From the NCBI GenBank assembly GCA_964035545.1, contig OZ037766.1, positions 1,612,001 through 1,676,000 of the forward strand: DNA of 64,000 nt, given 5' to 3'. The translations under genes and the position numbers were made by a program. The notes under the pieces were generated by a model. It saw only the letters and a program-made list of their open reading frames with translations. It made no database searches and was not told the DNA's origin. How positions within the stretch are numbered: the first letter of the stretch is position 1; each line of letters starts with the position of its first letter. The stretch is from Bugula neritina. Taxonomy: Eukaryota; Animalia; Bryozoa. Below are positions 31,770 to 45,600 of this stretch, one piece after another.

Positions 31770-33698
31770 ACTGGTAAACTGCGGTATTACAGAGGTACGC
31801 GACACTCGTGTGGGCGGACTTCAATAGTGTGCTGTCTTTAATATCGGCAGTGAAGTTCACATACTTTCTTTAGTTTAGGAGTATGTGAAGCGTTTCCTGT
31901 GCTTCGAGTCTGCACGTGAAGAAACAATCCACTCCACAATGCCGCTGTCAGTCTAACAATGGCCATTGTAATCTCAACACTTGCCGATTGATCTTGTATT
32001 GATTTCATCATCACCTCATTTGTTTATTAATAGCAGTTTTACTGTTTGCATGTTGTTAGAAGTATTTAACATTTTTCTATTTTTGTAACCATGACACGCA
32101 AATATTTGTTTGAGTATTGACCCCCTTCCTGTGGTTTATTCATACGAAATATGTGTCCACCACTTCCTAATGTATTTTTACTTGACATTTTTTGTGGTTG
32201 TAACTTTTAAAGCAATAAATTTGCTTTCTGTCAAAGTGATAACTCAGATTTCTTTGTTTCCCTCTTCTTTTAGCCATAAATTTACCTTCATAAAATTTCT
32301 GGTTGTCCCGTAACTTATTCAATAGTTTTTTCATTTCTTTTGTACAAGAAGCGCAAATTGACTAAAATGCGTCCATTTCATGGACCTATGAAGTCCGATA
32401 TCTAGATTTGGAGTTGTCATATTTTATCAGTTCTGACCGGAACAAACTTTTGAAAAAATTGGTTTTGCGAGGTAGTGTCCTGTGTGGTAAGGTATTAGCT
32501 GATAATATAGCATTTTGTGTGAAATGTACTTTCTCCAGCTGTTTTACATTTTATATGTTGTAAAACATATCATTGGCTTCATCATGAAGCCTGTGAAAGT
32601 CAAATACTAGACACACTGCTTTGTTAACATTGTACAGCTATTTTCCTGCTGAAGGTGACTGGCTATGGTTGATAAAAACTGTGTGTTGTTGCTAAAGCCA
32701 GGGCTATATTGTGTTGATAGTTTTTCAATTATGCCTCTATTGCATCTTTATTTATATTCAATTCCATGCTGAAATATTTTATTGAATTCAATAGATGAAT
32801 TTAAAAGAGCCATTATATTAAAGTATAAAGACTAATTAAATTATCTTATTTGATCAACTAGTTATCAACAAAAGGTAATGTTGGCTCATTGCAAATACTT
32901 GCCGTTAACATCAAATATTAACTTTTATAATAAATTCTGACTACATTTGCTTTCTCCCTGTTGACTGCCTTTAATCTGACTGCTAATAACAGCAAACTTG
33001 TGAGTTTATTATTCCAATGGTATCGCCTAACATCTGTTACCCAGTCATCAGGAGTTTAAAGAGTGTCTCTGTTTGATCAGGTAAAAGCTGCTGACATCAA
33101 ATCTTGCTGCCGTGGAGGGATTAGCTCAGAGGTTTGTATATTCTTGTTATCAACATTTGCAATGAGAAATTACAGCAGAGACTAAAAATGTCGTCAGCTA
33201 TTTTACTGTGAGTTATCAATTTATTTAGGTGTTGATTTTAATTGACTAGAGCTAGAACACTAGAAGCTGCTGCCGGGTTGCAGACGTACTGCTGCGTGAT
33301 GACATATAATGCTGTGTGATTGCTCATGCAGTATAATTTATCTGATTTCTGTTGTGTATTGGTTGGATTTGATAATCAATTCTCGTGCATTGTTTCAGTG
33401 TATTCCACTTCAGACTCGTACAATGTGGGTTGTTTGTCTACCTAATATTACCTTCTTCTCTCCATAGAAATATTGACCTTGTATAGGGACTGCAATTGCC
33501 ACTTTGTAGTGACATGCCAAGTCCGTTGCATCTCCCACACATACAGTGAGGGTAGATCTCTCATTACGTCTTGCAGAAAGGACCACGGAGAGCTGGTGCT
33601 GTGAGCTATAAACCGAATTCAGGGTGGTTACTGACTCCCCTCTTGGATTATTATAGGATTTGAGTTTCTTGCCTACGTTAGACTGGTGCTATAAAATA

Positions 33699-36600
33699 AT
33701 GGACGACAAGACTGACCCAAAAGCTGAGGTTTGTGTTTTGTTGCTAATTGATGTTGTATAAATGAAATGTTCACCTTGACAGTAGAGTGACCTTGTATTT
33801 TGATATTACTAAAGTTTTACTCCTACATTAGTTAGGGTACTGAAGTTATAGCTTTTAATTTGGATTTTCAAAGTTTTATAATTTGGAAGTTTGTAGGGTT
33901 TTTTATTCAATTTAGCCGACACTTGTGTTATACCAGTATGCTTAAAGTTCAAGGTTGCTTGAATGTGCTGGGCACACTGTAGATTTCTCACATAACCACG
34001 ATAATGTTCATCTCAAAAACAACTGCTCTGTAAAGGTTTTTAAAGCAGTTTTGGAAATTTTGAAAAGCAATCTACTTAGTTTACTGAGAAGGTTTTAAAT
34101 TGTTATTAACCCAGTTATTGTCAGTTATAGCAGACTTGATGTGTGTTTGAGTTGTAAAAGGTGAACGCTCTATTAAATAGCTTTTCTCACAAGTTATGAT
34201 GAACATATAAATTCATTCTACTTGTTACAGACCCATTGACTCAATAATGACAATTATTTTAGTATCTCCAACTGACACAACTTTTGAAAATGATATTTTA
34301 AAAGTAATTGATTACTTTTAGATATCTTTCTGTAATAATATAGGAGAAAATACTATTCACTACTGTCCCATTATATAACTCCTCGAGTAACTGAACTCTA
34401 AAAAGCGTTAAGTAAACACATAACGTCTCTGTGTGTAGATGTAAATAACAACTCATATTTCAAAAGAGTGAAATATGTGTTGTGTACGTCTACAAAATGA
34501 AATTTCGATTTAATATTTATCAAATCAATATATCAACATTAATTTGATGAAAGAACCTTATTAAAGCATTAATATTGTTGATTGTCTTTCCTCCAACAAG
34601 TTTTTATCTGAAACCCTCACAATCAGGAGTTGGAACTCTTTGCACTATTGAATACTCGTGGCAATGTGAAGGTTATATCTAGAAACTGACTGTATAATCG
34701 TTTTGGTCGCCTCCTAGATGTAGTGTCAAGCATAATCTCCCCTTATGTAAAGTAGCCTGGAGCTATATGTGGTGGTGAACTTAGCTGTGTGTACAGTATG
34801 GGTGGTATTTTATCTAGAAGTCATGTATTATTTTATATATACATGTACATGTGTGTGAATAGGCATTGCTATGATCATATGGTGTACATAATTATAATAT
34901 AGTATTTCATCTATTAGTTTACATTATAAAAAGTTTAGTGTATAATGTAGCATTATATATAACATCCGTATTTTACTGTAACTAGATATACAATAAGTAT
35001 TCAGTATTGTAAAACCATATGTCACAAGAGTATTACAGTCACAGCATGCCATGTGTCACAGGTGAGTGTTACTGTCATGTTGTGTCATGTGTCCTGTTGT
35101 GACACTAACAGTCACTTTTTCATGTGTCACAGGTGAGTGTTATTTGTTACAGTCCCATGTCACAAGTGATTGTTACTGTCACACTGTGTCATGTGTGACA
35201 GTATTACAGATTTATATTTACCAGGATGCCGACGCTGACAGGCTTAATGAGTATTTATATCGGCAGCATACCAAAGACTTTCTCTTCAAGACTGACGACT
35301 GCGACGATGACACAAAAAAGGAAATCGACAGAAATTTTGTTCAAGACTTTAGTAAGTGTCGTCACATTTAGATAGTGAATACTCTGAGCTCCATCTTATT
35401 TGTTTTATAGTTTTTGCTTGTGGTGGAGATGGAATGGTTTAATAATAGTGTTGGTATGTACCCAAAAGAGTGGCGTAACTCCTTAAAATAGCACAACTCC
35501 TAACACCTACATGCAGATTATTTGCTTCAAACCTCAAGATTAATTCAAAATTTAGCTAATTTTAGAAGTTGTGTGTACTTTCTAGAGATATGTGAGTGTT
35601 TTCTAGAAGTCATTGTTCTAATCAGGGCAGGGTAGGGGGAGATTATCCCCCATTTGGTCTCCAACTCTTTAACTTAACTAGATAATATATAGTAATATTT
35701 CAACACAGTTTCTCTACACTGTCTACGCTCTCCTCATAATATGCCTCAGCTTTCTGCATATGCTTTCTCTGTATTGGATACTTCAGCATGAGTTATGATA
35801 CAGATTAATAAATATTTGTGTGGGAGTTACCTGTATTCTGTGATATTGATATACTATTAGTCCAGCAGTTACCTGTATTTTGTAAGAGAATTGCCAATCA
35901 TTTCTCTTTGTTTTTGTTTATAATAACAACAGCATGCTATGCTGCCAGGTTGTCAAGTTGGAGTTGTTTCTCTTGCTCTTAGTCAATACACACAATGGAC
36001 ATTGTAAACATGTGTGAATAGGCATTTAATAATGCAATGTCAAAGCTGCGAACTAACCAGTTTTATGAGGCAATATTATATAACTGGCCAAAGTATAATA
36101 TGAATATGTTTATTTAATGGCTGCACTTGTCAGCTGATCTACTTAAAGTGTCTTAATAATTAATGCTTTTTCACAGAATTCTGTTTGTTTAGATCATCTT
36201 TCAGGTTCTGTTGTATTCCCAACACTCACCAGTCATTCTGTTCTGACTCTACAGTTTCATGATGTCTACTTTGAAAAAAGGCCATTTTTTCATCTATACT
36301 TTTTTCTCTGTGGGGCAGTCGTTCATTGATTGGTTAATTCTGTCACAGGTCTAAGTGTCAAAGGTCAAGGATGTTTGTTGCTGAGGTACAGCCTCAAGTC
36401 ATTACCTATTGAGCTGATTTAAACATAAAGTTGGTTAGTTTAACTTAATTCAACAAAGAGTTTAGCTATAAACTATTTGTAAAAATACTCAGGAGTTGTC
36501 TTCTATGTACATGGTGAATCCTTTTGTTGTTATTTAACTTTTCTGAACTTCAGCTAAGCTAAAATTTAAGTAGGCATTGGATTTAAAAAATTTACTCAAG

Positions 36601-39600
36601 TCAGGAGAATTTTCTGAGAGTTTTGTAGCCTGAGAGTGTTAGTTGTAGCTTGGGGGGAGCCCACAATACCAACCCTGTTGTTCTATACTTGCTGATAGTT
36701 TGTTTATGTAATCAATAATGAGCTAGTAGACACAATGGTAACAAAAACTCATGATGCTGATATAATTACAATTGTACAGATTGTGCGCTGAGCTTCACAT
36801 TACAACTCCCTAAATAGTCCACCCCAATTTACTTTGCGTCAATTTAGTCTATTCCTGATCAGTGACGTTTGATAGGTTTACAATTGGTTTGAAACTTTTA
36901 CCAATCAATAAAAATATAATGAATAAATTGAATGCTGCACTTGCCTACAATAATCAATATGACTAACACTTTCTCAATTCATTTGACTATGAAATAATAA
37001 AGGAATAATGCCAGTTTAAGTTTAAAGATGCTGGTACTTTTTATAAAGTAATAAAATATTACTGCATGTTAAACTATTGGCTCTGGTAACTTTGTTGTGT
37101 ATTCAATTTTATTTAATTTATTTATAAAAGTAGCTGATGGAACTATTGCTGCATTTTTTCTTATTACGGGACACTCATTCAGTATTTTTTAAATCAGTTG
37201 AAACAAGAAAATTATTATAATTTTTCTCATCTGATTTGATTTACTAACATGCAAAAGAAAGGAATTAAATACAGCCATCATGATTGGCTAACTGTTGAAA
37301 TATTACTTCATGTTCATTCAGCCATCAAAATTATTTTCAAAAAGCCCCCTCTGGTATTGTGACAGATTGAGCTCTTTTTGTTAGAAGTTTTCGGACTAAA
37401 TCACTGCGAAATATTTACAGAGTCTTCAGTCTAAATTCATGTTCTATTTAATGCTATCAAATCTAACAACTCTGGAGTTATCTGCTTGATGTTTTTGTTT
37501 CACATCCTTTTATTCCTACAGATTCTGGCCTATTTGCTCACCTAAAAATCTTACTAGTGTTGGTTTCACAAATCAATGAATTTATCTCTTTCCCATTTGT
37601 AAATAAGATGAGTATTGTCTCCTCTTTTGTTAGAATATTGGGTTTTCTCACTGTTGTGTTTACCTAGTCTGCTATTAGTTTCACCTGTTAATAGTGTTAC
37701 ACTTCTTTCATACATTCATTCTTCACCAAACCTCGCATGATTGATTTCTCTTTAGACATTTTAACAATGGAGAGGTTAGTGTAACAAAGCAGTGAATTAA
37801 TAATTCATAATGTAGCTATGAGCACGTGTAAGATACATATTTACCTGATTTTCTTAATGCCAACTTCACGGTTTCAGTATAAACAATGGCAGATCAATTA
37901 GCACACACCTAGAAAGCCAGGTATAAAATGGATTCAAAGTCATTGTCAAACTAATAGAAAAGTCAAAAAATCAATTATTGCTGTTCAATAACATTGAATC
38001 CGATGCTATTTGTGTAACTATAACAATAAAATACCTGTTGAGTTTTATTAGTTACTGCAATATGAACCTAAGACATAGTGCAGGGATTAAGACATGGTGA
38101 GCTATTACTCTCCTGGGTTGCCCTTTAACCTTTCAGCATCACAAAATTTCACCTCAGCTAGAAAAAGTGTCTTCTATTGTCCATCAGCCAGTTCTATAAT
38201 TTGTATAGAGTTTATTTCTACTAGAAGTTGATGTCTTACAAAGAACAAAAGTGCTGAGTTTTGAAGCTATATTAGTTATATTTAAACAACTATGTTTCAA
38301 GCCAATATATTACCATGATACATCATCTAATGTCTTGGTAGTTGTCTTCCTAATGAAGATGTTATTTCCCAACTACATTATGCCAAGCAGTCAGTATGCA
38401 GACGCGTTTGGGTTAGTCTACTGCTTATGAAAGAAAGAACCAATCAGAAAACACATTACATATGCTACATACGTAGGAATACAGCTTTTCAGCTACTATA
38501 TATAATTTCTAATATAATTCTGCCAATTGTGAATACTCTTTCTACTGTCTCCTCTATTCATCAGCCTTTGCTAATAGCTAGTTCTTATTAGTCTGATAAT
38601 GTGTATCTCTGAAACTAAACTGCATAAATTTCAAACATTGTTCTTTTCTCTCTGAAACATTTCTTTTATAACTGGCCCGTTAACACAAGTGACTGTTACT
38701 AGTATTACCACTGCGGCATCATTATCAATATCGGTGGCAGCAGCATAGCGAGAGGGAATAATTACACAACACGTCTGCTTCTTTGCTCTTAGTGCTGCCG
38801 AAATGTGTGTATATAACAGCAATACTGGATGTTATTAATTACATATCTGTTTAAATTGTGATCCATTACTAAGAATATAGGTGTAACTAGCTATTAATAT
38901 GATACAAGCCTGTAGGTGGAAGTGCACGGCAGCTATCTTTAGGCTATGATTATTTTATGACTTGAGATAAATACAACTATTACGTGTTTTTTCTTGTTTA
39001 CTTCTCATTTCCAGCCTCTCTTTGGCCATTTCCTGTTTGAATCTCTATTAAACCATTAACTTTAGTAAACTACTGGTGTGGAAAATGTTGGAAAGATAAT
39101 ATCTCAAGTAATTATATTATATTTGCATAAGTGAAAAGAATATATTTTATTGAAATGAAAATTTAAATAATAAATGTTTGTATCTGAATTTTTAAAAATA
39201 TTATTATGAGCACAAAGGAGCTGCTAGTTGATAGAATCAGCGGTACATAGGGACACCAGAAAACTCTTGCTATACAAACACAAGTACTGTATAATATACT
39301 GCAGCAGCAACATAACGCTGCCGCAGTGATTTGCTGACTTTGTGCAAGAGGCTAGTGCCCTACAAATGAAAGGCTGCCACCCTGCTTTACTGTGATAATA
39401 TAACCCACATAGCACATGGTGAGCTCTTATATTGGGCTTGAGCTATAGGCTAGCAGCTCCTGATTAGCTATTACGTAACCGATAGGGTCTCAGCAGAATT
39501 TTTCCTAATAGCTTTATTTTTTAGTGGATTTAGTGCAACTGTATTACATAGTTCATTGCACTGTATAGGGTTAGCACTCTATACTGTATGTATATATTAA

Positions 39601-42600
39601 CAGAGTATATGATTGTATACTGAGTGTATACTATATGTATGTTAGTTTATCAACTCTGGATTATATGATTTGGAGTTAAAGGTAAGACAGCGGTTGGATC
39701 AAGTCATATTTCTCTCTCTACTTTTTGAGTTGGGGCATTTGTGTTTGGAAAAGCAACATAATATGTTGTTATTGCACTGTTGGTTGCCGTACAGCTGCGT
39801 TTATTTTCCATTTCTATTGAATAATAGTTACTGATTTAGAATAATACCTGCAAAGGAATTGTGTCATGGTGTGAAGTCAAATTGAATAATGCTCTATGGT
39901 CACCATTTCTATGAAACGTAAATTCAATAGCCTTTATTCTTAGTCTTATTGGTTATTGGTGTTTATAATTCATTGTAATGTGTCTACTAGTGTTTTAATT
40001 ATAAGCAAGAGTATATTATGAAACTAATATGAATACAGAATAGGTCTGTTGAAAGCTATGCATTATTTAACTGTTTCATCGACAGCGTATCAACCAACTT
40101 AAGGTGGTTGGCTGCCTTTTAAATAGTGTGATTCAATTGCTGCCCAACGTCCTATCTGATTATAGAAGTATATGGAATATATTATATATCTAACGTGGAA
40201 TTAGTGTAGAAACACGCGAGCTATCATTAGTGATATTTCTACCTGTGCAGTGCGTACCTGTAATTATTGGATTAACTGTACTGTTTACCTTTACAACTTG
40301 CATATGTAAGGTAAGTCACTTGCGGTTAAACTTACTTTTAGTTAGGAGTAATTGGATAAAGTTAAAATCGCTTTGAGGCAGCATTTACGACTTTTCACTA
40401 AGTTGAAGTCATTTCTACAGTCGGTAGTTGTAGAATAGAAGCAGAAGATGCATCTATAGAACAAATAAGTTTTTTTTATACATGTTGACTTTTAAATATG
40501 GATATAAATGCATTAGTAGAGGTAAGATATTGTTAATTGTTGGTTATACGTCTTCATTTTTTATTAATTAGTTTAACAGTAGAAGTTGACCTTTCACCCC
40601 CTTTTATTGTATCTAAACCTCTATTCTATATTCTACATATCTAAGCCTCTATTCTATATTATATATATCTAAACCTCTATTCTACATTCTCTATATCTAA
40701 ACCTCTATTCTATATTCTATATATCTAAACTTCTATTCTATATATCTAAACCTCTATTCTATATTCTATATATCTAAACCTCTATTCTATATATCTAAAC
40801 TTCTATTCTATATATCTAAACCTCTATTCTATATTCTATATAACTATACTTCTATTCTATATAACTATTTTCCAGCTTACAGCCCTTCCCTCTAGAGAGA
40901 GCAGCCTAGTATTTGTTAGTCTAAATCACTTGGTATTTGATATGATTTGTACTAGAGTTTAAGGGCTAGTATTTAGGGCACTGGGATATTTCAAAAAGTA
41001 GTTGTGAAAGTTTTAGTTGTGTAAATTTATATTTATTGCAACTTTTCTCACTTTTATACATTGCTACTTACGATATAGCTATTCCATAGTCATTATTCCA
41101 CACATATATTGTTACTATACACTATAGTATATCTTATATGCATGTATATATCTAATCTGAATCTAATTGTTATATAATTAATAGACAATATATGTAATAT
41201 GTGATAGGCTGTATGCCTAGATTATGTCTATTTCCTTAATATCTTTAGAAATAGATCATAGGCCTTGCTGAATAATTTGGCAAATTCATAGAGATTTGGT
41301 TGATCTGTAGAAAGTATTGCTAGAGAAGTGTTGATCTGTAGAAAGTATTGCTATATAGACAGCACTCTGCAGATACTCTACGCAGATGTTGTATTGGCCG
41401 GTTGTTTGAGATATTTAGAGAGATTGTTGGTGAAAGTTAAATGCCAGTTCTCAGTGGTGCAAAGTTTCATCACTAGAAAAATGCTGTCTCCCGCTGACAT
41501 ACCATCGGCGTACAGACAGTAGCTCTCCATACTCAAATGAATAGACTGAGAGACTCCTGGGGAGAGAGGAAGCTGAGTAGAGTATTTATATTGATTTGGT
41601 CAGCACTCCCCGTGCCTGGATATCAAGCCATTCTAATTCTACTCTGTCTTCTCATTTACTGTTTGAACATTTGGAGGGCATTTACCCTCCGTCCCTTTCT
41701 TACTTTTCAGGTCTCTATGCAATTTCAATTCGTTGGATTATTGAGAACTGATTTTTTTTACAAATGTGAAGAAATTTAGAACAATGAATATTTGACCCCC
41801 CCACTGAATTAGTTTTAGTAAACAAGGGTGATGCTGGTCCACCACCCTTGGTCCACAGCTGCAGTTTTATAGGAACTCAGTCTGGGAGTTTTGTTAGATA
41901 ACTTGTGTTCTTATTATGTAGTTTTTTCATGAAGGGGTTTTAAATTTTGATCAATTAACCTCACAGATATAGTAATATATATTGATAGGAAGTTATCCTC
42001 AGTGTAACTAGGTCTTCTTTGAAGTTGTTTGGTGGCAGCTCTAAGTTTATATGAACATGTTATGGCATGTTTTATATTAGTAAATAGAGCATTCCGTGTA
42101 GTGTGTTTAGTACATGGCTACTTCAGCTCATAGCTCAGATATATCTAGATTGCATATTATTGTACATTTCAGTTATATGTTATACTATTTATGTTTATAT
42201 TCACTATACATACGCATATATGCATGCAATAAAATTTTCCCATACCATGCTATATTCATGTTATAAGCATAATAGGCGTTTTATTATTTTATATTCATGT
42301 TATACATACTATGTAATAATATAATCATGCTATATATAACATACTGTATTATATGCTATACTATGTTATACTATATTATATTATATCCAGGTTATTCTAT
42401 ATTATATCCATGTTATACTATATTATATCCATGTTATTCTATATTATATTCATGTTATTCTATATTATATCCATGTTATTCTATATTATATTCATGTTAT
42501 GTTATACTATACTATATTATATTATATTCTTATGATTCATGACGTGGTTTTAGTAACAGAAGAAGATAGCATGTCTGTACAAGGAGCCGGTGGTCTAGCA

Positions 42601-45600
42601 GTAGGCCCGGCTGGAGGCCAGGCCGGTCTCGGGGTACCAGTTGATGTTGCTAGCATCCACTCACACATCAGTCAAGAAAAGACGGAAGAAGAGCTTCGTG
42701 CTGAAGAAGAGGCTCTGCGATTGAAAGAGCCGTTTAGAGTTTTCAATCAGGACAGTTACAGACGGCTGGTTGAAAGAGAGGCTGCGAGGAGACTACATGA
42801 AGAGAATGCGAGGGAAGAGGAAGGAAGATTGGTAGACGGTCAGATAGTGTTTGACGAAGAAGTGGAGGTGAAACAGGATAGAGATCCTAAACTAGCAGAC
42901 GGAATGTCTCTACCAGAGAAAATGGGCAGATTTCCTAAGGATTTACTAGGGGTACCCTTAGAGGAGATTGATCCTTACATCAAGGAGAAGGTAACTTCTC
43001 ACTTTAACAATAGCCAAATAATTTATTCTGTGCCTCAACTGTATTTATACTTCTCAGTATTAGATTTCAGTCACATAGAGTGATTTTAGCCTAATTTCAG
43101 TCACGTAGATTAATCAGGCAAGTTTTCTATCAACTCGCTACACTTTAGCAATGCTTTCTACAACTTTTTATCATTCATCAGGTAATCATAACCTCACTTA
43201 AATTCACAACTAACAAATTAGTAAAAAGGGCTGCACTTGGTTTGATATTAAAATAAAAACTTGGGACATTACCCTCTTTGGTTACGACAGTTTATCTAAT
43301 AATATATTGTCTTTGGCCTCATATAGTTGTTAATTATAATCAACCCTGTATAACTGGTATTGCGTATGGTGTGTGCTGTAATGTGAAGGTAATTACTAGT
43401 AAAGATGTCAATATAGAAGATGCAGTTACTCCTAATAATAACTGTTCATCCATTTCGGATGTTTCTATTCCATATCCAACATAAACATGATTCTTTACTG
43501 TATGCTGGGTGTGTAGGGGTGGCCATATGGACACCCCGTAAGGTCAACTCTAGATACCCAACTATAATAAGATACAAAATTCCAAGGAAGGATTTCTTGT
43601 GACAAATTGAGTAATAATCTAGTAATAATAAATGCAATCTTTAAATTCAAATTTTATAATTCCAAGTATAATATGATAAAATGAAAATGCATATTTTCTC
43701 AAATTCAATGCTGGTGAGACAGACTTTGCGTTGAAGCGCAGTAGTAGCTAGTGGAGCAAATATGGCCGCTGCCAAGTCACTCTATTCATACATGTATCGC
43801 TGCTCAGCCAACTTCAACCTTAAACTTATTGATTTAAACAATAGCTTGAATGTCAGGGCATTGTTGGGTGGTGTTTTTATAACCACCTTGGTTACATGTA
43901 ACACATCACCTCTACTATGCACGTTTTCGTGGGTAGCTCACTGCAAATCGCTTGTTTCTAGAAATTTTAGAACTGTGACCCAATTTATAAAGTACTGCCG
44001 ACATTTTTCACCAAAGATTCATAGTTATTAGCTGTTTTATTCACGAAACTGGAGGATAGGTTTATATCTACCCAAATAATTACCTTAATACAATTGTTTA
44101 AAGTATTTTGTTTTGATTACTGCAAGAAATATCATTTTAATTATAGTATAAAGTGCATTTGGTCATTGAGTGATACCCCAATTAGTTTACACTAGAAACA
44201 TGTTTGATACGAATAATATAAACTCTCTGATAATCCAGTAACACTCACTGATAATCAGTTGCAGAATTCCTGGATGGATATATAGCAATTAACTTGTTCA
44301 CTAAATGCTTCCATCATATTCGGTTAGTTGCATAATAAACCATGCTGCCTCTGCTGCTACTGATTTCTAATGAAAACAATGTTATATAGTTGCATGGCTC
44401 CTTTTTACTGCATTTTGTTTTAAAATATGTTAGTATTTTCTCCACTTTCTACTATTATCAACACAAATTGATGATTGTCGGAAGCTAAATCATTTTTTAA
44501 TTGTATGTTGGGTTTTTAAAACTTTTAAAATAAATTTCCTTCCAAATGCCATTGCAGATTGTAAATTACCCTAAACTAATAAATTCTTTCATTTTTGCTT
44601 TTAGTCGTTCGTAGCCATTGCAAAGAAGTTCTCAAAGTTGACAATATTCAGATTCACGGCCACCAAAGCCCTGTTCATCTTCAACCCCTGGAACCCAGTT
44701 AGGAAAATGTGCATCCAAGTAATCAGCAACCAGTGGTTTGATTTCATCATCCTTCTCAGCATTGTAATTAACTGCATCATGATGATAATCACCACCTCCG
44801 ATGAAAAGGTCATCCTTGCCTTCGACATTCTAGAGTAAGTCAAATTTCTCTATTTTTTGCCTGTTTGTATTTCAGAAATGGATGAAATTTGTTGTGTCAG
44901 AGTATGAGGTAGGTGCAGTAATGGAGAAATTGAGAAAAGCCTGTGTTCTAGATTAGAAATGTGGTATAAGAAGTTATATTCTCGCAGGAGTTTTAACCTC
45001 CCCAAACCAAAATTTAATAATAGAATTAAAGAATTTAGGCTATCTCAGTTTCTTCACTACTGCTCCTAAATAGAGGCAAAGAGTGTACAGCATTCAACCA
45101 AAGTCAGCCCCACAACTACTTTCTAATTCCAACAGCGAGCTCCATTTGACCCTCCATTACTAAGCTTTCCTTCCATCTGCCATGTTTGGCTAAACAAACT
45201 CCTGATACTTGAAAATATCCATATTCATAGATCTCAAAAATATTCTTAAGGAAATTAAAATGCAATGCCTTAACTATAACTTGCTGACTGTGAGATAGTT
45301 AGATGTTTATGTAAATATTGTACGGGAGCTTATGGAACCCAGCCTGTACTAGCCCCAGAAACATGTTAAGATACCGAGCTAGGCATTACTCAGTAAAGGA
45401 AAGAACTTTCTAGTAAAAATCAGAAATCAATCGGTTTGCATGTTCTTGACAAACTGTAATTATAGAAAAATCTGTACATCGGATATATAATATAGTGGTG
45501 TGAAAAGAAACTGGGTAGATGGGGGGGTATTCTGACATCCCGCTGTATGAGCATGAGCCAGCTAAGAACCGAGGCTACCTTTTTGTTTAGACTGTAAAAG

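Noticed and set aside
43516-43537. Near-perfect palindrome GGGGTGGCCATATGGACACCCC
   Set aside because: Isolated 22-mer; no element boundaries or second copy found.
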